In this document: positions 43,901 through 51,788 of the stretch, piece by piece
Numbering within the stretch: the stretch's first letter is position 1
How the letters are laid out: every line of letters starts with the position of its first letter
Origin: Candidatus Parcubacteria bacterium
GTDB taxonomy: Bacteria > Patescibacteriota > Minisyncoccia > JACPXH01
Length of the DNA: 64,000 nt
Assembly (NCBI GenBank): GCA_016196625.1
Contig: JACPXH010000007.1
Location: 150,461 to 214,460, forward strand
Reading direction: 5' to 3'
Position numbers and translations under genes: made by a program
Notes under the pieces: generated by a model
The model's database searches: none
What the model was told of the DNA's origin: nothing
What the model saw: the letters and a program-made list of their open reading frames with translations, nothing else

Positions 43901-46900
43901 TTGCCAATGGTAAACGTTCAACCATGGCAACGGCCGTGAAGTTTGTGGAGATTTCCCAGGCGGCGCTTGCGCCACTCATGCCGTCGAGGGGGGCTTTCAG
44001 CCTTGATCGTTGGCGCACAGCAGGAGAACGCATAGAGACACTCCATTCGCTTCTTGTATCAGGGTGGACGCCCGCAGAAATCATCCGAGCCCTTGCCGCG
44101 GTAGACGCATCTGCCAAGGCCGCAGGCCGCGAGACTCATTACCTCGAAGAGGGGATCATGGCGGCACTGGAAGCCGCGCCAAACCCAGAAGCGCGGCAGG
44201 CGACGGCGGATACGATCATCGCGGCTCTCGGCGAAGCGGGGTTGAGCCGGGAGCAGACGCAAGAGTTGATTCGGAATCTTGCCCCGCGGCTCAACATGAC
44301 CGAAGAACAGCTGCGTAGTGCATTGGGGATCGGCCAGCTTGCGCGTCAAACCTCTCGACTCACGCGACAAATGACCCGTCAGACTCGCCCTACCGTCCCG
44401 CGCGCGACACTCGTCAAAGTAGATGAGCCGGAGTTTGCCAAGCAAGAGTTGGTGTTGCCGCCCACACTGTTGCCCGCGCCAAACTCGCGCGATGTTCAGG
44501 GCTTTTTAGGGTCAGCTTCAAGCGAGGTGGCTTTCCAGCTTGTTTCACTCATTCGCGACCGGTTCCAGCTTGGGGCAAGCGCGTCGCGCCGCGGTTCGGT
44601 TGAACTGGGCGACGAGGTTACGATTACTCTCCAAGTCAAAGGCCAAGATGTTCCGCCCGACAAATTAGTTACGTTCGACGCCCTCGTGCCTTCAAAGTTC
44701 CGGTACGTGTCCGGGTCCTTAGTGGTCAACAATGTGCCATCGTCTGATCCGGAATTCATCCTCCGCACACCCTTCGCCACCGTCGTCGACGAAGAAACGC
44801 AGGTCCTCCGGCTTGAGCACGGGGTCTGGTCTTACGGAAACACCACGCGGACGTATCGGTTCCGAATGCGCGCTGATACTATCGGCCGGCCCGGCAATTT
44901 GGACGTGAAGGCGTATCTGGACGTTGGTCCGCAGTTGGCCCAGATTGCCGGGGTGGGTCCTTTCACCACGAGCGTGCGCACGAGCGGTCCGCGGCGAGAA
45001 GCCCAGCAGACAACGGAGCGCAACGACGAATTCTCCGGTTATGCCTTTGATCAAACGTTCTCCGGCGGCCGGACGCTGGGCGAAGCTCCGCTGCCCGGGC
45101 GGGCGGGCGAGTTGGTGCCGGGTGAAGCGAATCAGTTTATGCCCGCGCAGGCGATTGAACTTTCGCCGCACGAACGCAACACCATTTCGGTTCGCTATCA
45201 TTTTACGAAACGCTCGCCGGATGCCGCCAATACCCTGCGGCTCAAATACACCGTCGAACTGCCCGGAGAGGTCGAATACCTGTGGCGGTCAGCCCGAATT
45301 GACGGGGCGTTGATTGACACCGAGCCTCTCCGGACACTCCCCGAAGAGCGTACGCCGGCCGGGACGCGACTTGTTACGATAGTGGATCGAGAGACGCCGG
45401 TTGACGAACGGCCGCACGAACTTTCGTTTCAAATTTTTACCGCGGCTGCGCCAGAAACCCAGGCGCGCGCCCCTTTGGTGACGCAGCTGTGGGTTAACGA
45501 CAAGCTGGTCCGAAAGGATCGCTGGGAGCCGATTATCATCCGGGCAGCACAGCCCGCGCCGCCGCGAGACGCCGCGCCGGCTCCGGGCGCCCCTTCGGCG
45601 CCGCCCATATCTGAACCGCCCTCTCCGCCCACCAACTGGGAGCCGCGGTACGTCAGGTTCGACTCAAGCCTTGAGTTTTCCCGGCGCGAGGTGCGGGCTG
45701 GTGAGCGGGTTGACATTACGGCGCGGCTCGAGCGGATCGATTCCGGAGGCCCCATTGAGAATTTTCAATACCTTTTGGAGCTGTCTCCGGGATTACGATT
45801 CGTCGCGGATCAGGGCGTGTCAGTTGATTCTACGCAGCGCCTCGAGCCCGAGGTTTCCGAACGGAACGGCATCCAGCGAGTACGGGTTCGCATGCGGTTT
45901 CCGGCCGGAAGTACAAGGGCTACAGGGGATGTATCAGCTGGGTTCGGGGATCGGCCGACCACGTCAATCCGTTTTACCGCGCAGGCCGCGGCGGATGTAT
46001 CGCCGGGCGAGAAACTTTTGGTGGGTAAGTTTTCCGGCGACGGGTTGCAGCTTGGGCTTGACGCCGCGAATGTCTTGGTTCGCGCGCCTGAAGTCCAGCC
46101 TCGCTTTACCGGCGAGATGTTCACGATTCCTGCGGCCGAGGCGCGGCCGGGAGAAGCACTGGCGGTACAAATCCGACTCTTTCGTACTGATGCGGCGGGT
46201 CGGGTTGGAGATGTCGTTTATGAGCTGGAAGTGCCGGCTGGATTTGAGTATGTTACCGAGTCAGGCGGAGCATCAATTGATGGTCGGTCTCTTGCGGTCA
46301 CGGTGGTGTCTCGGACCGACGGCGCGCAGGTGGTGCGGACCGATTCGTTCTTTTCTCCCGGCGGCAACAATTCCCAGGCTATTACCGTGTTCCTGCGTGC
46401 GAAGTCAGATGTTCCCGCTGGCGAGAAAACCTTTGTGGGTCGGATTTCGGTCAGAAACCGTCAGGTCCTCGAACAGCGCACGAGCGTTCAGGTGCCGGAG
46501 CTGGCAACGGTTCGGATTGACCCGTTCCTGTTCTTCTATGGAAGAGCGACGGTGGGCGATGAGTTTACTGTCTATGCCGATCTCGGTCGTCGCGATACCG
46601 GCGGGCCGATCCCGCAGGTAGATTATCGTCTCCAACTGCCTCGCGGATTCGAATTTCTCCCCAACAGGTCCGATGTGTACTTTTGGGATACGGGCCGCTC
46701 CCAACCGCTCAACGCGGGCGTCTCGGACGGGGTCGTTACGGCCACAATCGCAAACTTTCCCGCCGGGCCGGGGGGGCGCACGATTCGATTTCGACTGCGC
46801 GCAACCGATACCGTGATACCGGGCGAGCACACGCTCCGGGGCGAGATTTCCGCCGCTGGCCGCGCGCTCGGGTCGGCGAGCGCCACCCTCACCGTTAGGG

Positions 46901-49113
46901 CCGCGCCCGAAGTGCGCTTTGATTCCAGCCTCGCGTTGTCTCAACTGGAGGTGGAAAACGGACAGTCGTTTGAACTGACCGCGTCTCTGACTCGCGTTGA
47001 TGACGGCGGGCCTGTTGAACGAGCCGAGTACAATCTGCAGGTGCCTGAAGGTTTTGTGCTGGCCCAAGTGCCTGATGCGATTACCTTTCGGGGAGCGACG
47101 GTGCTCATTGATTCGACTTCTTCGCCGGAGAACGGTTTACTGGTCGTGCGGCTGGAAAATATCCCCGCGCGCCAGCAGTCATTTGGCACTCCCGTGGTGG
47201 CGAACATCTTGCGTTTCAAGCTGCAGGCGGTTGGCGCCGCTCCCGGTGCGCAACAGTTCTCCGGCACGCTCTTTGCGTTGGAGCCCACGAGACGCGAATT
47301 GAGCACTGCCTCCGCTTCGATCAATGTCCGCCAGCCTCTGCCGCAGATCAGTGACGGCGTTCTGCAGCTTACCGAAGGGATTGTGGAGGCAGACCGTGTC
47401 TTTCGCGTCATCACCAGGTTCAGGCGCATAGATCGCAGCGATGACATTGAGCACTTCGGCTACGAGCTGCGTCTGCCTCAAGGGTTTCGGCTCGTGCCCG
47501 CTCAAGAGGGAGGCGGGGCAGAGCTTGATGGTCAGCAAGTAGCGGTGACGGTTTCGAGCACCACGCCAGACGGAGTGCAGATTATGCGCCTTGAGATTGA
47601 GCGTCTCACGCAGGCCGGGGCAGAACATCGGTTGAGATTTACGTTACGCGCTCCCAGCGAAGAAGGACAGTACTCTCTGGACGGAGGATTCTTTGTCGGC
47701 ACAAGCCCCGTCTTCAGCAGCAGCACGGTCGGCTTTGAAGTCCTGCAGTCGGTAGCCAACGTGAGGTTCAGAAATAGACTTGAGGCTTCTAGCGATCGCG
47801 TGGCCAACGATCAGGTTTTTGCGATAACTGCGCAACTCACGCGAGAAGATGCCGGCGACACGATCAGGCGCGCTCGGTATAGGCTTTATTTTCCGTACGG
47901 CTCCCGGTTCGTTGGCGGCCCGGAGGGGGTAACATTCAACGGTATGCCCATTGAGCCGCGCTTTATCACTACGTACTCGAGCCTCGGTAGTTACTACATA
48001 GATGTGGATTTAAGCGGCTATCCGACTGGCGCGGGAGTTACTTCACCGCTTGTCTTCCAGGTGAAGGCGCCGCCCGCGCTGATAGTGGGTACGCAGCAGT
48101 TTTTCGGCTCGCTCGTGCTCAATAACGATACCAATCGCGCGTACCAAGCCGACCCGCTCAACATCACCGTTGTACCGGCGCAGTCAGCCGGGCCGCAGCT
48201 GAGACCGTATGTTTCCGGTCCTTGGTCAGCCGTGGCAGCCGGCGATCAGTTTTATCTTGACGTGAATCTCCAGAGACTCGATGACGGGGACGTAATCCGA
48301 AATTTTGAATACGCCATCCATCTGCCCCGGGGGTTTGAGTACGCTCCATTCGTGCTGCAAGGGGGCAGAGAGGACAGGACAGTGGGGTTTGGCGATCAAT
48401 CTGTGCCCGTTGAAGTGGTCACTGATCAAAGCGGCACACAGGTTTTGAAGATTCGGGTTGACTACCCTGCGGGCATAACCTCGCGCGCTTTCGGCGTGCC
48501 GCTTCGGGCGACTGCGGACGTTCAAACTGGGACGGCGACTGTTTTGATCACGTTTTCTGCCGAAGGTCGGGAGCTGGCGAGAGCTGAAACGGCGATCAAC
48601 GTTGAACAAGCGCCAGTAGAGATTGCGTTTGAGCCGCGCGATCTGTTCCTGTGGGGGGCGGTGTCATATCCCAATACGCATGAAGCTAGGCCCGACTTAG
48701 AGAGTTTTGTGTACGCGCCGCTCGTCCGCTTGGACACCGGCGGCCCGATTCAAAACTTTGAGTACCGGTTGGTGCTGCCCGCTGGGTTTGCGTATGCGCC
48801 GGGCGAAGACAGCGTCTGGTTTGACGGCGCGCGAGTGCGGGCCGAGGCGATTGACGTTTCTACCGATATAGCTGGCAGGCAGACAGTGACGGTGAGGCTG
48901 GAGTATCCTGCTTCGAGGAGGCGGGAGCGCGGCGTACAAGTGAAAATTCGCTCCACTGCAGAGATCGCCCCGGGACAGAAGGCGTTTGCCGGTCAGGCAG
49001 TTGTTGACGGCCGCGTGCTTGAACCCCAATTTACCGCCACGGTCAACTTGGTTCCAGCCGGTCCGAACTCGGGCGGCGCCGGATTTTTTGACTCGCCGCA
49101 GCCGATGGGCTAG
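37915..49113 (+). CDS. Giant (~3,730 aa) putative surface/adhesin protein
   Basis: Uninterrupted ORF; basic then hydrophobic N-terminus, Pro-rich linkers, internal duplications, Asp-box motifs (STDGGRSW, SQDGGQTF, SDDRGVSW, STDGVNF), tandem Ig/DUF11-like repeats. Confidence 0.85.
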   Translation: MIRIKRPPKGKKRDSLTKRLFAAGAAGVTMFTGGVLGVRAAGTVKPPFAQVRLRTDRVSGAGRTPGEAGAGTKISTEEEARIKAETGRFLGELRKVAGETDSQSFFARVLNISPAEAGSDLNAAIQDLYNSGNLTQAVQSVLASGAYTPDQAAAALREAETAGVIPAGTTLDIAVNLGATPEQAAAYAQPSYVPSSEADVYVPPPAAAVLPAAPVAPIIPPPAVESGPPVLPSVPAAARTPEVPPLPPPVIRIDEERGIGHVAMPAAPVVPVAREEPTPTPERTVQTEGGTFIVTPGGAVLDANRNPTPYSVDAGGQVSYQGTPVGRLEFQQPGIEEMPREVFIPTPPPAPPVQAPGPVIIVPPGESIVVPEGESRFVLTPDIKQAIQDIYQNEGLDSLTKAVGVQINKGVVSPADAAQALQAAGIPVADIAYIARNLGATPEQIAALVPSAPPPPAKLEEPTLPPPSAAPLPRGAEPSAPPVEIGPPVWQITHPTVPGLTVDVDADGNFRLPVDSGLGEFSGAFGQVNKGTLTYTVRSTSGTEQSGDLRAEGWLIAAVTPASPAKPAAPAPALPTPAPVFTLHIGDKTFQIDPETLIVTKPESDPNQYVLYPAGTPGQYIITVNGVSTFRLDTATGNLTQFTPAGETKPIGRFTPGGAAGPGNTFTFTPNPPATTTPTSTSPVSFPGATPTTTVPVIPRPVPPGVIGPSQPHELWTNVVIDNQRYNLYQDGAVNAVDAAGGEVATPYVIHYNENAQKYELWRAANHGETVFAILNPSGQLEQTFHLFFSPGPFGTTLRVNDRPYRINADGTVLNPPGDTQRYFMDVRGNIHLNDQYGPFLYLILVDGTVRDAQHRTVGRVEPSGTFVPTPGSVGAPVPALPTPAPVFTLHIGDKTFQIDPETLIVTKPESDPNQYMLYPAGTPGQYIITVNGVSTFRLDTTNGNLTQFTPAGETKPIGRFTPDGAVGPGTTFTFTPSPVATTTPTSTAPISPASTPAQPAAGPATVPPAAEAAPSVPAATPALPEVRVRINDAIYRIMPDGTVVSPPSDPNTYSVTRNPDGTAAISREGQVMYTVNAQGEVRTPDNQTVGQFDVPKAEVVTDYTAGRVDYYLRKAEKVGQTDAATIRELADSGVSPTVIAERALKEWGGDARRVAVAAAEAGAAPHLIAEVLKTKELKVQNPDGTSRTVDAFTLALEQAVGQVAAVPESNQRLQGMGSIADFLRRAGISAQEARDRLKAAGFTDDPTSILSAVGYSAEGLATTFPVTPTQIRAVNVDGTWLALSPDGTVYIPQAGSAAELKVIDGETRILFKDRTGRIVPLPIARIEQVSDVDLLRLAQAKFQAQGLTRPQANERIFPLAVAAGWSDPGRVIRAALEAGFSPTDIVSGLASIDSARRENNQESHYLEEGIMAALDAARSPEARQATADTIIAALRESDLGRERLDELIQYLAPRLNVPESQLREQLGVNQPLYKAAFRLELDLPRYLPESLRQSQKVFTGRSLRVISQVPIHEYAATLTSVSTGQQTAPAVTRKSSHVIKIAIPAELRADQYQLTITIDGQAQTFPIEVERPLQKAQAPVEVVPLTSVEQAAIAFRTTLCTNCASEGVFSGDPNDANKLIHISNTRDLVRSTDGGRSWHALSIDNAAQYPRAQVLYVGDPKVVSLPDGSFIITSLGSDHNKNFTLGGLIYRGTYTGGLNATFFQDIPSNLPANQDIVVDRPILAVDQRNSAVYIAVNGAWFGERGESDFEHAIYFSQDGGQTFKKGRIGHGLAIHSMTVGADGTLYAARLGEPHELFRFSSLDPVRYEVLPLPGRHQTWEGSVRISTTSRRAWVGYEGPEVIADTSPTSPHQGRLYAVWSQSERVVDDQNFEYKHYGFNHDVFVSYSDDRGVSWSPPAKVNDDIGSGDQVFPSARLDTNGALHVAFFDHRNNQSDAVFDVYYAKSTDGVNFSKNLRLNEEPIPNEYGGRFLGDYIDMVMPYPDRVYVAYPDAPLFANGKRSTMATAVKFVEISQAALAPLMPSRGAFSLDRWRTAGERIETLHSLLVSGWTPAEIIRALAAVDASAKAAGRETHYLEEGIMAALEAAPNPEARQATADTIIAALGEAGLSREQTQELIRNLAPRLNMTEEQLRSALGIGQLARQTSRLTRQMTRQTRPTVPRATLVKVDEPEFAKQELVLPPTLLPAPNSRDVQGFLGSASSEVAFQLVSLIRDRFQLGASASRRGSVELGDEVTITLQVKGQDVPPDKLVTFDALVPSKFRYVSGSLVVNNVPSSDPEFILRTPFATVVDEETQVLRLEHGVWSYGNTTRTYRFRMRADTIGRPGNLDVKAYLDVGPQLAQIAGVGPFTTSVRTSGPRREAQQTTERNDEFSGYAFDQTFSGGRTLGEAPLPGRAGELVPGEANQFMPAQAIELSPHERNTISVRYHFTKRSPDAANTLRLKYTVELPGEVEYLWRSARIDGALIDTEPLRTLPEERTPAGTRLVTIVDRETPVDERPHELSFQIFTAAAPETQARAPLVTQLWVNDKLVRKDRWEPIIIRAAQPAPPRDAAPAPGAPSAPPISEPPSPPTNWEPRYVRFDSSLEFSRREVRAGERVDITARLERIDSGGPIENFQYLLELSPGLRFVADQGVSVDSTQRLEPEVSERNGIQRVRVRMRFPAGSTRATGDVSAGFGDRPTTSIRFTAQAAADVSPGEKLLVGKFSGDGLQLGLDAANVLVRAPEVQPRFTGEMFTIPAAEARPGEALAVQIRLFRTDAAGRVGDVVYELEVPAGFEYVTESGGASIDGRSLAVTVVSRTDGAQVVRTDSFFSPGGNNSQAITVFLRAKSDVPAGEKTFVGRISVRNRQVLEQRTSVQVPELATVRIDPFLFFYGRATVGDEFTVYADLGRRDTGGPIPQVDYRLQLPRGFEFLPNRSDVYFWDTGRSQPLNAGVSDGVVTATIANFPAGPGGRTIRFRLRATDTVIPGEHTLRGEISAAGRALGSASATLTVRAAPEVRFDSSLALSQLEVENGQSFELTASLTRVDDGGPVERAEYNLQVPEGFVLAQVPDAITFRGATVLIDSTSSPENGLLVVRLENIPARQQSFGTPVVANILRFKLQAVGAAPGAQQFSGTLFALEPTRRELSTASASINVRQPLPQISDGVLQLTEGIVEADRVFRVITRFRRIDRSDDIEHFGYELRLPQGFRLVPAQEGGGAELDGQQVAVTVSSTTPDGVQIMRLEIERLTQAGAEHRLRFTLRAPSEEGQYSLDGGFFVGTSPVFSSSTVGFEVLQSVANVRFRNRLEASSDRVANDQVFAITAQLTREDAGDTIRRARYRLYFPYGSRFVGGPEGVTFNGMPIEPRFITTYSSLGSYYIDVDLSGYPTGAGVTSPLVFQVKAPPALIVGTQQFFGSLVLNNDTNRAYQADPLNITVVPAQSAGPQLRPYVSGPWSAVAAGDQFYLDVNLQRLDDGDVIRNFEYAIHLPRGFEYAPFVLQGGREDRTVGFGDQSVPVEVVTDQSGTQVLKIRVDYPAGITSRAFGVPLRATADVQTGTATVLITFSAEGRELARAETAINVEQAPVEIAFEPRDLFLWGAVSYPNTHEARPDLESFVYAPLVRLDTGGPIQNFEYRLVLPAGFAYAPGEDSVWFDGARVRAEAIDVSTDIAGRQTVTVRLEYPASRRRERGVQVKIRSTAEIAPGQKAFAGQAVVDGRVLEPQFTATVNLVPAGPNSGGAGFFDSPQPMG
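39628..40844 (+). repeat. Intragenic direct repeat, ~296 bp (39628-39923 and 40549-40844)
   Basis: Near-identical DNA starting CCGGCCCTTCCAACCCCTGCCCCAGTCTTTACC; 921-bp offset. Confidence 0.92.
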
Positions 49114-49236
49114 GCCAGGCTTGCTTGAAGAAACAGCGAACGCGGGAGAGTGTGTCATTTCTAGCTGCAGCGCAGAGTACGGCACGGCGCCGTAACCGCC
49201 TATAAACAGCTTGCGTTATTACCGTCAGATGAAGTA

Positions 49237-49266
49237 ACGTTACTATGTATTGATATATAGTAACGT
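49237..49266. repeat. Imperfect 30-bp palindrome of the ATGTATCGATACAT family upstream of lemA
   Basis: ACGTTACTATGTATT|GATATATAGTAACGT; the two mismatches are G:T pairs. Confidence 0.65.
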
Positions 49267-49311
49267 CTCATCTTAGAGTGTTGGCGGTCGTCTTATCTTT
49301 ATTTGTCATAG

Positions 49312-49878
49312 ATGCCTATGAGCCTCACCTGGATTTTTAGCGTCGCGGCAGCGCTGGTCGTTGTTTGGTTTATCCTAGCCTATAACAGTTTGGTCCGGCG
49401 TCGGACACGGGTGGACGAAGGTTGGGCCGACATTGATGTTCAGTTAAAACGGCGCTACGACCTCATTCCGAATTTGGTCGAGACCGTGAAGGGTTACGCG
49501 GCTCACGAGTCTCAAGTTTTTGAGCGGGTTACGTCGGCGCGGGCCGCGGCCATGGGAGCGCAAAGCCCGCAGCAAAAGGCCGCGGCCGAAGGCATGCTGG
49601 CCGGAGCCCTGAAGAGTTTGTTTGCCGTGGCTGAGGCTTATCCCCAATTGCGCGCGGCAGAAAACTTTACGCGCTTGCAGCAAGACCTCGCAGATACCGA
49701 AGACAAAATCCAGGCCTCGCGGCGCTTTTATAACGGCGTCGTGCGCGACTACAACATTGCAACCCAAGTTTTCCCCACAAGTATCGTGGCGGGGCTGTTC
49801 GGTTTCACCAAGCGCGAATTCTTCGAGATTGAAGAAGAGCGCGCTGAAGAGCGCTCGCCGGTGAAAGTTTCGTTCTGA
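49312..49878 (+). CDS. lemA: LemA family protein
   Basis: YNSLV...WADIDVQLKRRYDLIPNLVETVKGYAAHE, AEAYPQL, RRFYN. Confidence 0.96.
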   Translation: MPMSLTWIFSVAAALVVVWFILAYNSLVRRRTRVDEGWADIDVQLKRRYDLIPNLVETVKGYAAHESQVFERVTSARAAAMGAQSPQQKAAAEGMLAGALKSLFAVAEAYPQLRAAENFTRLQQDLADTEDKIQASRRFYNGVVRDYNIATQVFPTSIVAGLFGFTKREFFEIEEERAEERSPVKVSF

Positions 49879-50001
49879 CAGATGGGAGGCGGGTGAGCGC
49901 ATTATTTTCATCCCGGTAGATGCCCCGCCCGGGGTAAGCCTAATATAAGCGAGTATAAGCGCAGCGCCAGGGTTCGCCTCGCCGAGTTGACCTTCGCCCC
50001 C

Positions 50002-50031
50002 GCGCTACAATGTATCGATACATTGTAGCGC
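50002..50031. repeat. Perfect 30-bp palindrome upstream of the TrpR-like gene
   Basis: GCGCTACAATGTATC|GATACATTGTAGCGC. Confidence 0.95.
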
Positions 50032-50048
50032 ATAGACTTCATGCGATT

Positions 50049-50513
50049 ATGCCACAGATATCCAGGTTCAAATTGAGCGCCCGGGCCGAGCAAGAGCTAT
50101 CCGAAACATTCCTGGAAAGCTTGGTACTGATTCGTGATAAAGAATTTGCTCGGCAGGTGGTGGCTGATCTTTTAACCCCAACCGAGAAAGTCATGTTGGG
50201 CAAACGGATTCTGATCGCAGTTCTCTTGCAGGAAGGGTACAGTTACCGAGATGTTGTGAGGTCGTTGAAGGTGGCACCGGGTACGGTCAACAACATTCGC
50301 CTTACGCTCGCGCGGTCAGGCGCGGGATTTAAGGGTTTGGTCGGCTTACTTGGGGGCTCTCGTGTCGCCCAACGAGAGCGGTATCGCCGCGAAGATCGTC
50401 GAGAGTTGATCGCGAATAAGATCTATCAGATCATCGACGCCTTGCGGTTGCCGGTGAAAGGGTCGAAGACCGATATGGTGCGGTGGCGTAAAGCTTTGGA
50501 TAAATTGGCGTAA
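50049..50513 (+). CDS. Trp-repressor-like (YerC/YecD-type) helix-turn-helix protein
   Basis: DLLTPTEKVMLGKRILIAVLLQEGYSYRDVVRSLKVAPGTVNNI matches the TrpR/YerC pattern (L.T..E...L..R..IA..L..G.SY..I...L.VS..T). Confidence 0.8.
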   Translation: MPQISRFKLSARAEQELSETFLESLVLIRDKEFARQVVADLLTPTEKVMLGKRILIAVLLQEGYSYRDVVRSLKVAPGTVNNIRLTLARSGAGFKGLVGLLGGSRVAQRERYRREDRRELIANKIYQIIDALRLPVKGSKTDMVRWRKALDKLA

Positions 50514-50524
50514 TGAGACGAGTC

Positions 50525-50560
50525 CGACCGCTACAATGTATCGATACATTGTAGCGGTCG
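50525..50560. repeat. Perfect 36-bp palindrome downstream of the TrpR-like gene
   Basis: CGACCGCTACAATGTATC|GATACATTGTAGCGGTCG. Confidence 0.95.
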
Positions 50561-50606
50561 TTGAAACACGGGGTCTTGCCTGCATAAGTTCAGATACATT
50601 TTACAT

Positions 50607-50633
50607 TTGGCACTCTCGTCTTCTGTGTGGTAA
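50607..50633 (+). promoter_or_regulatory. Degenerate CIRCE upstream of htpX
   Basis: TTGGCACTC-N9-GTGTGGTAA. Confidence 0.5.
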
Positions 50634-50642
50634 AGTAATGGC

Positions 50643-51542
50643 ATGGCCACCCTTTACACCCACATTGATCAGAACATTGCCAAGACTTGGGCGCTTATGG
50701 GAGCGTTCTTGGCGCTGGTGATTGCGATCGGGTTTCTGTTTGCGCAAGCCATGGGCGAGCCAGCAATTCTTTACATCGCGGTGGGCTTTTCGCTCTTCAT
50801 GAATTTCCTCTCGTATTGGTTTGCCGACAAGCTCGTGCTCTCGCTTTCCCGCGCCCGCGAGATCAAGCGTGAAGATCACGAAGAGCTTTTTCGGATAGTT
50901 GAGAACTTGGTCATCGCCGCGGGCCTGCCCATGCCCAAGTTGTATATAATAGAAAGTGCGGCCTCGAACGCCTTTGCAACGGGCCGGAACCCCGAGCATG
51001 CAGCAGTTGCGGTTACGCGGGGGTTGCTCGAGCGTTTGAACCGGCAAGAACTTGAAGGCGTACTCTCACACGAACTTGCTCACATCGGTAACCGCGACAT
51101 GCTGGTGGCCACCATCGCGGTCATCCTCGCGGGATTCATCGCGATCCTCGCCGATTTCTTCCTGCGCATTAGTTTCTATGGTGGCGGCCGGCGCGAAAGC
51201 CGCGAAGGCGGCAACGCCCTTATGGCCTTGGCTATTGTCGCGGCGATTCTTGCGCCGATTGCAGCCACGCTTCTGCGCCTCGCCATTTCCCGAAAGCGCG
51301 AGTTCCTCGCGGACGCATCGGGCGCGCTGCTCACCCGCAACCCCGAAGCGCTTGCGTCAGCCCTCGTCAAAATTTCCACCGATTCCGATCCCTTGGAGAC
51401 CGCCCGCGTCCAGACCGCGCATCTGTTCATCGACGATCCTTTCAAGAACCGTCATGGCAAGACGCGGTGGTTTATCAAACTGTTCATGACCCATCCGCCC
51501 ATAGAAGAACGTATACGAGCATTGCGCGGTATGGAGGTATAA
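50643..51542 (+). CDS. htpX: Zinc metalloprotease HtpX (M48)
   Basis: NAFATGRNPEHAAVAVT.GLL, HELAH, SRKREFLAD, THPPIEERI. Confidence 0.96.
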   Translation: MATLYTHIDQNIAKTWALMGAFLALVIAIGFLFAQAMGEPAILYIAVGFSLFMNFLSYWFADKLVLSLSRAREIKREDHEELFRIVENLVIAAGLPMPKLYIIESAASNAFATGRNPEHAAVAVTRGLLERLNRQELEGVLSHELAHIGNRDMLVATIAVILAGFIAILADFFLRISFYGGGRRESREGGNALMALAIVAAILAPIAATLLRLAISRKREFLADASGALLTRNPEALASALVKISTDSDPLETARVQTAHLFIDDPFKNRHGKTRWFIKLFMTHPPIEERIRALRGMEV

Positions 51543-51564
51543 AATACTATTGAAACGAGTCTCG

Positions 51565-51713
51565 CCCCGCACCAACGTTGCCATACTTTCTTGAGGTTAT
51601 GATTCTATTGAATGCATTGTCCCTTATTTTGAGCGAAGCGCGCGGTCGAACAGGCCACCTCGCTGTGGGCGCAGCGCTTCACCATGGCACGCTTCGCAAC
51701 ATTTGGTGCGGGG
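51565..51713. mobile_element. MITE-like element CCCCGCACCAA...TTGGTGCGGGG
   Basis: Terminal IR extended by GTTGC/GCAAC. Confidence 0.6.
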
Positions 51714-51788
51714 TGACACCCGCCCGCCGATAGAGGAACGCGTACGCGCGTTACGAGGCATGGAGATATAAACAAAGGGAACTCCATT

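Noticed and set aside
50010-50048. MYRYIVA-starting ORFs (50010, 50536)
   Set aside because: The ATG comes from the palindrome itself; the TrpR-like gene probably starts at 50049
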